A stretch of 64,000 nucleotides of DNA from Epiperipatus broadwayi (taxonomy: Eukaryota > Animalia > Onychophora), in assembly GCA_028023455.1 (NCBI GenBank), contig JAQFVV010000004.1, positions 2,480,001-2,544,000 of the forward strand, given 5' to 3'. Below are positions 41,340 to 52,997 of this stretch, piece by piece. Made by a program: the position numbers and the translations under genes. Under the pieces are notes generated by a model, which ran no database searches, was not told the origin of the DNA, and saw only the letters and a list, made by a program, of their open reading frames with translations. The number at the start of each line of letters is the position of its first letter. The stretch's first letter is position 1.

Positions 41340-41946
41340 TAAATACAAGTATAGTATACATACCCTAAACTATATGTTATTAGAGATTTGAACCCAGATT
41401 TTCAATTGCTCCATCTTATACAATTGATGTACATGACAACATATATGTGAAAAAGTTAAATCTTCAATATATGTATTTTGTGTTGAAGCAGCACTCATCA
41501 GTTGGCCTGGGTCATCATCTAAAACACACATATATAATTTGCACCATCCCTCTTTTGTGTACTTAAATGGGCTTAAGGTTCTACATATGAGAGGTCAAAA
41601 TGACTTACAGTCAACATGGGCATTGGCAAATAAGGGGGTTGAACATACCATCATATCAGATTTTCAATGATCTACACGGCTGAAGAGTTGGAGAGTGAGA
41701 AAATTGAAGCTTGTCCATTAATGTTGGATTTTCTTTAATATAAACTGAGCAATATATATATATATATGTGTGTGTGTGAGGTGATGATCTAGACCAACTA
41801 ATGAGTGCTGGTTTAGCATGAAATGTGAATATTGGAGATTATTTATCCTTTTCACATGAATGTGGTCATGTGTATTAGTAATATAAGATGGAGCATATGA
41901 CTAAAGGGAGCATGAAATCATGGGTTCAAATACCCTCTGATTATAG

Positions 41947-41950
<4 letters not shown>
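41340..41950. mobile_element. Family B inverted array
   Basis: HHR on minus at 41464-41505 and on plus at 41794-41835. Confidence 0.85.
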
Positions 41951-42017
<67 letters not shown>

Positions 42018-43198
42018 ACAAGATATGTTGATTACAGGCAGAGGATTTAATCAACTCAACTACTCATTATCAAATCTCAGAATACAACTCTACAATTGCT
42101 TAAGTTATAAGAAGTGTCGCACATTTCTACAATATATAAATTTTCTAAAAAACATTTTTCACCAAAAAATAGTAGGAATTTTTTTTATCTATATTGTATA
42201 TAAGTAATGAGTAAATTCTCAGAGCATATTTAACTCAATGACCATTGAAGGAATTTTTATTTTTAAAAGGACCAAAATGAATCACTATTTGTGGAACAGA
42301 TATTAACATAACTAGAAGGAATATCCAATCCCAGACTTTATGATATGCATTCAGATTTTGAAATATAATTTCAGGACAAATGTATCTATATCTTAGTGAG
42401 AATACTTGCAGACAATAAATATGTATATAAATGAATTTATATATTTACATCTTACATTACTCATTTTCTTTATCTTTCCTTGGTTATTTATAGTTCTTTC
42501 TAGCATCCAGATTTTTCAAAAGAATATTCCATAACTATAATTATATAAATATTTCATGGAACGATTATGTCCAAATACATTACTAGGACAAATTGCTGGA
42601 GGATACTAAATAATCATTTAAAAATAAACTTGAAAATATGTTTGCTCTTTCACACATCACTACCAATATATTCCATCTGATAAAAAGAGACAGAATGTGG
42701 AAAAGAATAAACATATTTGCAATTTATTTAAAAATGGTCTTTTAGAATCTGTTTGCAATTTGTTCTAATAAGATATTCGGACATGATTAAAATATTTATA
42801 TTCATAAACATGTCACATTTGATCAGCAGCAAAAATCATTTACATGTGATTAAAATTATTAGCCCATAATTATATAATATGTAGCTTTAGGATCCAGAAA
42901 AATTAATAAAATACAGCTTACTTAATTTAAATAAATATTTGTGTAAGATAAACATGGTGATTGTTTTCCACTGCTTACATAAATGATTGCATTAATGAAA
43001 GTGACCATAATTCCTTATTTTGTATTAATAATTTGTCTTCATTGTCAGAAATTTAATTATCTACTCCATATTTGGATAAAGTAACTTTGCTTCCAATTTT
43101 CATTTTTATCAAAAGAAAATGGCTAATGCAAATGATCTTCCAGGGTCTTTTGTTATACCATAACTTACATTATATAAACAATAATTATTTTTTTTATG

Positions 43199-43520
43199 TT
43201 GGGAGTAACAAGAAGAGATCGAAAACGCAATGTATGGGTAAGAGAACAAACAGGTGTTATTACTGACCTCATTGAAAAAATTAAAAGATTGAAGTGGACA
43301 TATTGCTAGAAGAGATGATAATAGATGAAAAATTGAAATCTTAAAGTGGATTCCAAGAGATTGTAAAAGACCCAGAAAGAGACCACATTTGAGATGGATG
43401 GATGAAATAAGAAAGTGTGCAGGGGTAATGTGGAAAAGAGAAGCTAAAGACTGGAGAAGATAGATTAAACTTGGAGAGACCTTAATCATTCAGTGGATTG
43501 ATAATGGTTGATGTTGATGA
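43199..43520 (+). mobile_element. 3' fragment of an RTE-clade LINE
   Basis: TRRDRKRNVWVREQTGV..KIKRLKW..GHIARRDDNR..KWIPRDCKRPRKRPHLRWMDEIRK, typical RTE C-terminus, with a (GAT)-like tail. Confidence 0.85.
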
Positions 43521-43830
43521 TTTAAAAATTATACAGAATTCAAATTGAAAATGTGCATTTTAATAAAATTTGTCCTCTGTTGCATGTATACTTTTAACAA
43601 GTTGTAAAAAAATTTTTGATAACATGTTTGATAATTATAACTTTTGACATGTATTTCTTTATTTTTTGCTATTTATTTGGATAAGCTAACTTAGCATCCA
43701 AATTTCATTTGTATCCATTGTAATAAATATAAAATAATATCTGGATACCTTAATACAGTATAGCACATAAATGTATATATATAATTACATTTCCATACTC
43801 TGCCTTTATATTTAAACTATGTATAAGTAT

Positions 43831-43889
<59 letters not shown>

Positions 43890-46800
43890 GTATATTGTAT
43901 ATTCAATATTATTTATTAACTGCAGAGATCATATGTAATTAAAGAGAAAGGATTACATAAACAATTAATAGAAAATAAAAATTGTTAATGAGAATAAATT
44001 ATAAATATTAAACTTAATTTTACTATTTAAATTTTAAAATTATTTTTGTGTTGGTTTAAAACTCTCTCCTAAGTTATATATATATTTTGAATATATGATA
44101 ACAGGCATATGGTATCTGATAGATTCCAAAGTCAAAAATCAGCAGATATAAAGATAATAGTATCTGATAAGACTCAGCATCTTGCCTCATATTGCCCAGA
44201 CTAATGTAACAGGATGTTGATTAAGGCAAGTGGTAATTGCAGGCATATGCATTATTATAGTAATTAACTTTCAAGCAACCAATCATGATCAAATACAAAA
44301 CTATATATTATTTGGAATTATTACATCATTATGATGTTTTCAGAGTACTGGTTATATTTTCAGAGACATAATTTGATGTAAATAATTAATAAAATTATAG
44401 TTTGCTAAAAATAACTTTGTATCCACACTTGACATTGTGTAAGCCTCAAGATACTAGGACTACTTTCAGAATGTAGGGCTATTTGCAGTTTTATTCCAAA
44501 CTTTCTGTGTTTTTATTAACCATTACTTATTATTACTTCTGGTTTCTAAGTAAAGCATATACTTTGAGAATGATTACTGCTAATGGAAGTAATATAGTTG
44601 GCATACCACATTTTAATTTTCTTTTATCCACAGCATGGAGCCATTCAATCCATACTGGAATAAGTAGTCAATAAATTTTATATTCAATATACTTTATATT
44701 CATAAATATAAATGTAAATAGTTGAAAAATTTAAACCAAAAATAAAAATTTGGAAAAAAAAGAAGTAAAAATGAAACATTTCCTCCATGTTATATTAAGT
44801 AGTTTTTTATTTTTACAAATTAATTTAAACATAAATTTTATATTCTTCATTTATAGCATTATAATAATTATTTTTCTAATTTTTGTAAAGAAATCTAAAA
44901 ATAAATGTTTTTATACTTGTACACTAATAAAATATTCAGTGGTTTGAAAAATTGAATGTGTGTAGTTAACTAAGGGATTTAGGCATTCATCTGACAATCA
45001 TCAAAAGCATTATGCCAATCTAATATTTGGAGTAAACACCCAGGCAATTGAAGTAAAAATTCTACAAAAGATGAGAGACACATCTCATGAACTGGTGCAG
45101 TCTCATATGAATCACCTATGGTAAAAAATAACTAGGAAAAATAACAGCAAACTTGATCTTTTTTTAACCTTTCTTCATAATATTTACTCAGTTTATTATT
45201 GGTAATGAAAACAAAAAATATTAATTTTATCATTTTTTTTACTTGTTCAATTTCATTTAGGAAAAAATAAAAAAAAATTGTAGCTTACAATTATTTTGGC
45301 TTTTAGCATTGTTTATATAAAACTCAATAATTATAATTAATGTTATTTTTTTCTCACGTATAAAATAATTTAAAATTTGAAAGTCAAATAATTAAGGTTT
45401 GAAACAAATATGTCAGTTACAAATAATAAGGGGTTTGAAATTATACATTTAATTTACAATTAACTTATTAGACTCCAGTATTATATGCTGTTATAAGAAA
45501 TACAACAGTAAAAAAAAAAATACAATTTATTGATTAGTTTTTCCAATATGGCTTCAATGGATCCTTGCTGTGGATAAAAACAGACATTGAAATGTAATAT
45601 GCTAAACTATAACATATCACTACACACATTACACACTGTTAGCTAATTAATTATGGGGAAAAACATAGATACATATGAGAGGAAAAATAAAATGAACATG
45701 GGTTGAGTAATAAATTAATAACATTTTTGTTAATGCAAATCAAATCAATATAATATCATCACTGTTATTTATGTGTGAAGTGATTTTAATGTGGTCATTT
45801 ATGATATATATTCATTCTTTAGTTAAACACTAATTTATTTTAGCTTCATTATTATCCACTAATATTTATGGAGTTTCTATAATTAAATTCCATAGATAGT
45901 AATATAAGACTAATGATTCAAATTCATCCACCTTGCAACTTAAATGTTAACATATAAAAAATATATACATTTATGATGCCAATTGTAAATCTTGACAGCT
46001 AGTCTGCTTTCTTTTGATGTCTTGGACAATTTTGTATCAGGTAAGTTTGCACATTCCTTAGTTATATATTTAGAGGGAAAATAGATTTGTAATATTTAAC
46101 CTTTTACATTGCTGTGGCTTTATGCTTTATTATTACTACTGAAATAGTATTATTTCTATTGCTTTAATGAGTTAACAATCAAGCATGATAACCTAACCAT
46201 ATGTCATTTTAAACTCATTTTCTAGGTTCCTTCCATTCAATGGTAGAGGGAATAGGCAAACGATCTCTCAGTAGGACTGTCTAGACTTATAATCTTTGCC
46301 TATCTGAAACTTCTGTCTCAAATCCAGTTCTAATCTGATTCATTAATGATGACTTAAGCAAAGCCCATAACCAAAGATTGCCAGTTTACTAAGTCTGTCC
46401 CTGTTACTTTCTTGATTCTCAAATCTTGAACTCAAAAAAATTAAATAAGAAAATTGGAGTCAGAATTTCTGTATATGTAATCAAAGGGCAGAAATGTAGA
46501 TCCATAAACACATAGACCCATTGTCACGGTTAGTGTAGAAAGATGACTAGTATCATGGTAGTTTATTACTGACTGTGCCTTGTATAACATAAATGACTGG
46601 AAACCCTAAGGAAAAGATGGATGCCAACATCTTCTTCTACAATGCAGCGGAAGGTACTTTTACTTGTGTATTATTTAATTGCTATTCAAAATGAACTCTC
46701 ATATCCAAACGTCATTCTGTTAACCATCACCTATGGAGTATGTCTACAGCCTGCACCCAGCACCTGATTTTATACATACTTGCCTATTTACAATAATCTT

Positions 46801-47299
46801 TTATGTATTGGTAAATAAGGTTTAATGATTAAAAGTAATTTGTGTTGTTAATGTGATTTTGGGTTTGATGATCTGGGTATATTGTAATGGCTTTAATCTC
46901 AATAAAGATATGTTTGTTTGTTTTTTTGCCTTTTGTTTTTAAATATTAAAGGCCTACTTATATGCTTAGGTAACCATGGCTTTTGCTTATTCCAGATGGT
47001 ACTCACACTTTGGAGAACCACATTATCTTGTGCAAACTAACACACACACACAAATACTAAAAAAAAAAAAAAATCGCAAATGAAAGTAATTATGAACGCC
47101 CCACACAATGAAGTAAACGATAAATTATTTATGGAATCTATGGCTGACACACTCCTTACATAATAAGCAATGCTTTATTCATCAAATATGGGAAGAGAAA
47201 GAGACCAATGCATCTGACTTTTAATTTACTAATGCCTGAATATATTTAAGAAAACATTGTTATGTGAAAGACAAAAATTATTTTAATTAAATATAATAT

Positions 47300-48340
47300 A
47301 TACCGACATGCAGATGCACATATTTCAAGCGCTTTTCGTCACACAAAGTATTTATATATGCAAATAAGGTAGATTTTAGTAATGAAAAATAATTACCGTA
47401 AAAACAAAAATGGTCGGTATTTTAAAAGCTATGCTATATTTAAAATTCAGATTACCCAACTATAGATAGATGCTAAAATCATTTGCAATTGATTGTAATG
47501 CATTTCTAATCTGAGCTTCAATCAGTTGGTGGTCCTTAATCTTCTTTTAAAGCAGGTAAAGCTGGATACAATAACATCTGCTAGTATTCTTTTGTCGTAA
47601 ATATTTTTCAAAAATATTTGACAAACATGTTTTTCGCCCCAACTAAAAAACATTTTAAAAGTTTTACAATTGTTTGCATGTAGAGGGTTGTTTAATCAAA
47701 TCAATAAATCAACCGTCTTTTGTTTTCATTTGGGTGTTTTGATTAATCAAAGAGATTATCGATATTATTAGAGATTGGAAAGTCGATGTTGATTTCTGAT
47801 AATCATATAAATAACGTTGTTGTTTTTTTTTCATAGAATTTTGAAAATTGGGTTTAAAAATATTTTACTGGCCATGAATCAATGTTTTATTAAATGACAG
47901 CTTTTGCTACACACGCGTGTATGTAAAATATATAGTGCATTCTTAAAAAAATAATCATGATCGAGTGTGGACGTGAAAATAATTAGACTGAAATACGGGC
48001 GTCGTAAATAAAGACAATAACATAACAATAAATGTTTTTCCCAGCTCCTCACATACATCAGGGATAATCCTGTTTGTTTATTGCAATATATGATTTAAGA
48101 TAAATAATCAAATTGTTTATTATCATTTGTGATTTAGTGCGTGGTAGAATGCTGAATTCTGGAACTAAAAATCCACGGATCTGGCTTCGCGCTATTACTT
48201 CCGGTGTTCGAAAAATTCTGACTTATTTTTAATAGTATAAATTTATATTTTTGGATCTATAAATATTATTTCATTATTAGGATTATTAGAATGATCTCTT
48301 TAAAATAATCTGAGTTCGGTAAACTAAAAACCACTTGGAT
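47300..48340. promoter_or_regulatory. Broad CpG-retaining promoter-like region
   Basis: Most extended non-repeat CpG cluster seen in the window; ACTTCCGG (ETS-type) at 48197-48204. Confidence 0.45.
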
Positions 48341-49374
48341 TCTCGAAAGTTACTTGACCTCTAGAGAGATTAACAAAATGATTATTATTATATTATTAAA
48401 TATGAAATAATGTTAAGCGGTTTTTAATTTCATTTTTACTGAGGTTTACCTTCATTTTTATAAATTACTTTTTTCTTTTTAATTTATCTTATCTCAATTC
48501 AATCTGAAAGTTTAAACAGTTTGTTAATTACTTTAAATCTGTTTTCTTTCTTAGATTAGGATAAAATACTTTGAAAGCTGTTTTATTTTGAGAGTAAAGT
48601 AATTAAAGTGTAGACAGTTTCTTTTGTATTTTTTTTGTAAACAAAATGTTTAATTGGCGTTATTTCGCTTGAATGGGGGTAAAACTCGAAAACCTTTAGT
48701 CTCTAATTAAAAATGTCTCCACCCTTTATTTTAGACTTTTAACCTTTCTTTTTTAACTTCTCCGGATAAATGATTTTTTAAAGCAACTGATAATTTAAAA
48801 AGTATGTGCTATTTAACATAAATAATTAACAATTCTAGCCAATTTCTTTCAGTTGCGTTTCAGTAAAGTTCAAACCCACTAATTGTATTATGGGGTAGTT
48901 ATGCGTAATGTGCTTTGGGAATAAACATATATTTAAAATTTTTAGTTAAATATTCCAAATGCATTCAACTGTTAGTAATATCACAGCAAACAGGTTAGTA
49001 TATGCACCAACTGTTAGTAATATCACAGCAAACAAATGTTAATAATATCACAGCAAACAGGTTAGTATATGTACTAACTGTTAGTAATATCACAGCAAAC
49101 AGGTTAGTATATGCACAACGTTTCGAGAGGTATTTTTCTCCCCTCTTCTCTCGAAACGTTGTGCATATACTAACCTGTTTGCTGTGATATTACTAACAGT
49201 TAGTGCATATACTAACCTGTTTGCTGTGATATTATTAACATTTGTTTGCTGTGATATTACTAACAGTTGGTGCATATACTAACCTGTTTGCTGTGATATT
49301 ACTAACAGTTGAATGCATTTGGAATATTTAACTAAAAATTAAACTTTTCTAAAGACATTCAACACACATATTAG

Positions 49375-49554
49375 ATGATGGAAATAGTCCAATATAAAAA
49401 TACAGCTAGAACACCATCATCACAAACCTTCAGAAAAACACTAAGTATTCGGTATGGACCCGATACTATATTAAACTTTAGACATTATGAAAAACTATGT
49501 CTAAAGCTGGCCAAAGTAGAAAATCATTTAACTTTTCAGGCCAGCAACACCTGA
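49375..49554 (+). pseudogene. 59-aa stub resembling the N-terminus of a Penelope-like ORF
   Basis: MMEIVQYKNTARTPSSQTFRKTLSIRYGPDTILNFRHYEKLCLKLAKVENHLTFQASNT. The YG..R.YEK...KLA...NHL.F pattern is recalled from PLE N-termini; the stop codon lies inside the HHR core. Confidence 0.6.
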
Positions 49555-49590
49555 AGAAGAGGGGAGAAAAATACCTCTCGAAACGTTGTG
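49548..49590 (+). ncRNA. Minimal PLE-type hammerhead
   Basis: CAC CUGAAGA A GAGGGG agaaaaaua CCUCUC GAAA C GUU GUG; palindrome AACGUU; CGAAA CpG intact. Confidence 0.8.
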
Positions 49591-49781
49591 CATATATATT
49601 TAAAATGTCTTGCAAATAACTTTTAAGTACTTTAGAATAGTTTTAAAAACAAAAATAAATGACAAACTTTATAAAACTAGTTATGTAAGCAATGAAGATG
49701 GTGTAAATTAAAATATTAGCGCTCTTAATTTTACTTAAAGTATATAAATTTACTATTATTTAAATAGTTACAAGGTGGTAC

Positions 49782-50120
49782 AGACAAACAATAGCAAACT
49801 CTCTGTGAAGTAGTACCATCCAGTGCAAGTCTTAGTAATCAATCAAGAAGGCTTGTGCATAAAATCCCTATATGGGGTTGCATTGGTTCCTATTATAGAT
49901 GCAGTGCTCTGAGATCTAAACTCCTCACTGATGAAAGTCACAAGCTAGAAAATAGTCTAGGGATATTGGGTGAGTAGACATTAGATGAGGTTTTTATGCA
50001 CAAACCTTCTTGCATATATTGATTATTAAGGCTTGTCCGGGGTAGTACTACTGCATGGAGAGTTTGCTGCTTTTTTAACAGCTTGTGTAAGCATATGAAA
50101 TGGTGATCATGTGATGCTCA
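49782..50120. mobile_element. Family A copy with inverted 5' segment; HHR at 49923-49962
   Basis: CCUCA CUGAUGA AAGU cacaa GCUA GAAA AUAG UC UAGGG. Confidence 0.8.
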
Positions 50121-50329
50121 AGATGGTACAGGCTTGTTGACTAATATCAATGATCCGAGTTTGAATCAGACTGAGAAATTTGCAAAAAATTTCAACAGAT
50201 TTGGAATTTTTTTTTAGAAACTAATTTTTATTACATTTAGCTAAGTGTGCAATATTTATTGGCAAATTAAGGGAATAAAAATTGTTTAAACTTGCACTAT
50301 TTGACAATTGATATCTTGTTGAATACTGC

Positions 50330-52340
50330 CTTTCCCTTATAAAAAGCTGTTAAGATATGTTTGCTTTACAGTGGGTTATTTAAAATACAGTTTTATCATA
50401 TATACTCTACAATGAAATGTTACACAAAAAGCTGAATTAAAAAAGCAATTTGCCAGTCAATTTTCAATTGGGCATTGAATTGCATGAACAAGGAAAGAAA
50501 AGAGAATATTTTTAAATGAATCATTTAGAAAAATTGAATATTTGAAATTTTCTGAAGTGGCAAGAAAAAGTGGAATAGAATTCTCAAAATATGAAACATT
50601 TTGGAATTGCTAAAAAAAAAAAAATAATGGATTGGCAACAAAAAGAAAAAACAACACTACTATTGAAAAAAGAGTAGTATTATGAAGAATATAAAGAATT
50701 ATATACAAAACTATATAATAATTATTTTAAAAAAGTATCAATAACTAATATTTTTTTAAAATTCCATATATTTTAAATAATAAAAATAATCTAATGAGTT
50801 GTCGAACAGAAAGTCATAAGATTCTTAAACACATGAAGTGACTGATTTTTGGCCTTTAAATTTGCCATTCTCCTATTGCAGTACATTATAAAGTGCAGAC
50901 TTTTAAATAAAACAAATGATAGATGCAATTAAATCTAAAAGAACAGAAAAGAATTGGAGAATGATGAAATTATCATAAATATTATAGAAGAAACAGATGA
51001 AAAAAAAAACAGTAGCAAACTCTCCATACAGTAGTGTCACCTAGTGATAGCCTTAATAATCAATGGATGCATGAAGGTTTGTGCATAAAATCCAATATGC
51101 CCAGACTTGTTTCTAGCTTGTGGCTTCTATCCATAATTACAAAAGCTTGCACTGGGTGGCACTACTGTATAGAGAGTTTTCTTGCATAAGCATACAAAAT
51201 GGTGATCATGTGATGTTCAGATGAAAAAAAAAGAAATTATTGGCAAATCTATATATTAAATTTCTAAATATAGATATAGTCCAAACTTATTACAGCCTAT
51301 ACAGGATCTTTACTAAGATCATTACAAATCATCTATAAAAGACTTTGGACTAAGGTCAATAAAAAGAAAAAGTTGGATTTATAATTGGTTATAGCACAAT
51401 AGATTATATATAGCTATTTAAGAAAAGTTTTAAAAAGGCCAATGAGTTATATTCTTTGAATTTATGTATTTTAAAATAATTTCATTTTATAAAACATTTC
51501 AGCAGTGATTGATAATTTGGAACATCTAACATATTTATCAAAGCACAAGAACAGAAGTTAAATTATATGGTGATAATAAGATTAACAATGTTAAAGAGCA
51601 AGGCAGGTGTGTGTTTTCTAATCAAAATCTTTTTCCAGTGACATTATTAATTGAACTGAAATGAGAAGCTAAATAAATAAAAATAAATGAAGATTATTTA
51701 AGACATTTAGCTTTTGAAATTGGTATGATCATTTTTGTGGGAAAAAAAAATGTGGGGTTTTGGGAAATATCACAAGCAAGAAAGTGGAACTAAAAATAAA
51801 TTATAAGATAAAGTAAACATTAATAATTAAAAATAACCTTACATTAATAAATATCTTGGTCAGATTCTTAATGCAGATGATTACAGTGCAGGAAATTAAT
51901 CATAGAATTAAATTTAAATAGAGTATTTTCTATTAAAATAATATTAAAAGGCTACATTTTAGAAAATAAAGATTTTTACTAACATGCTTACTTATGGATG
52001 TGAAATTTGGACACTTAATGGAAGAGCCATATGAGACTTCAGACAATATAATGAAGAATGAAAAGAACTATGATGGAATTAACAAGAAAGGTCATAAATA
52101 AAGTAAATAAATAAAAAAGAAGATATTTCTGACATCATTTGAAAAAATTAAAAACTGAAATGGAATTGATCTGAACATATAATTAAAAGACCTAAGAATA
52201 AATTGATAAATGAAGTCTTAAACTAGGTCTTATAATATTGTAAAAGACATGGTAAGAAGCTATAGATCAGAGAAACAGATTAAATTTTGTAAAGACATTC
52301 ATTCTACAATAGATTAATAATGACTATAAAGGATGAAATC
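50330..52340 (+). mobile_element. Heavily degenerate RTE LINE, interrupted by family A at ~51012-51220
   Basis: TYGCEIWTLN at ~51990-52020; similarity to the minus-strand RTE at 59455-62000. Boundaries approximate. Confidence 0.6.
51012..51220. mobile_element. Family A fold-back fragment nested in the RTE remnant
   Basis: gcaaactctccatacagtagtgtcacc...ggtggcactactgtatagagagtttt; partial HHR on minus at ~51100-51130. Confidence 0.8.
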
Positions 52341-52756
52341 AGTTTATATATGAATGTTTGTATTTAAATTTTATATATTTGGTAGAGTAAAATATGTCTT
52401 CTAGATAAATTTGGTTTTTAAATAACAATAATAGCTTTATAAAATATAAGAATTCATTTATCAACATAACTAATACAGATTTAAATTCAGACTATATAAT
52501 GTAACACTTGACCATCTTTAATAGTTGAACAAAAATTTTATTTTATTACTTTATCCTTATTTACTCTATTATCTTCTGTAAGTGAAATTATAACATGTAA
52601 TTGAATAAAATATTAATTAAATTTATCTGTTTTTTATTTTAACAACAATTATTAGTTCTTCATTTTAAATTTTTATTTTTATTTTTTTTAGTCTTACTTG
52701 CTTATAAATGATTAGAAAGATATTAGGATGATAACAAGTATACCAAATCACAAGTA

Positions 52757-52997
52757 TCAATAAACACTTTACAATGCAATTTTAACATATGATTTATTTC
52801 CTTTTGCTTACAGTTTCAACTGCCTTGCAGTCATCATAAAAGCTCTTTAAACTTCATTACAGTAATGAAGTTTAAAGAGTTCTAATGATGACTACAATGA
52901 AGTTTAAAGAGCTCTGATGATGACTGCAGTGCAGTTGAAACTATAAGCAAGATGAAATAAATCATATGTTAAAATTGCATTGTAAAGTGTTTATTGA
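52757..52997. mobile_element. Fold-back of a PLE-type pLTR fragment (family F)
   Basis: About 100-bp inverted arms centred on attacagtaat (~52860), plus a short tandem duplication in the right arm; AATAAA follows the HHR. Confidence 0.8.
52911..52948 (+). ncRNA. Minimal hammerhead motif (decayed mirror copy on minus at ~52806-52843)
   Basis: GCU CUGAUGA U GACUGC agu GCAGUU GAAA CUA UA AGC; the mirror arm has GAAA CUG UA AGC. Confidence 0.65.

Larger units (their letters stand above)
48940..49593 (+). mobile_element. Young non-autonomous Penelope-like element with inverted 5' pLTR duplication (family E)
   Basis: 13-bp TSD ATATATTTAAAAT (48927-48939, 49594-49606). About 190-bp inverted arms with one mismatch seen. 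42-nt internal tandem repeat, HHR and PLE-like ORF stub. Confidence 0.85.

Noticed and set aside
49002-49275. Two near-identical 61-aa ORFs on opposite strands
   Set aside because: Mirror products of the palindrome and its 42-nt tandem repeat; not genes.
48966-49320. 42-nt repeats as a CRISPR-like array
   Set aside because: Contiguous tandem units with no unique spacers, eukaryotic context, no cas genes.
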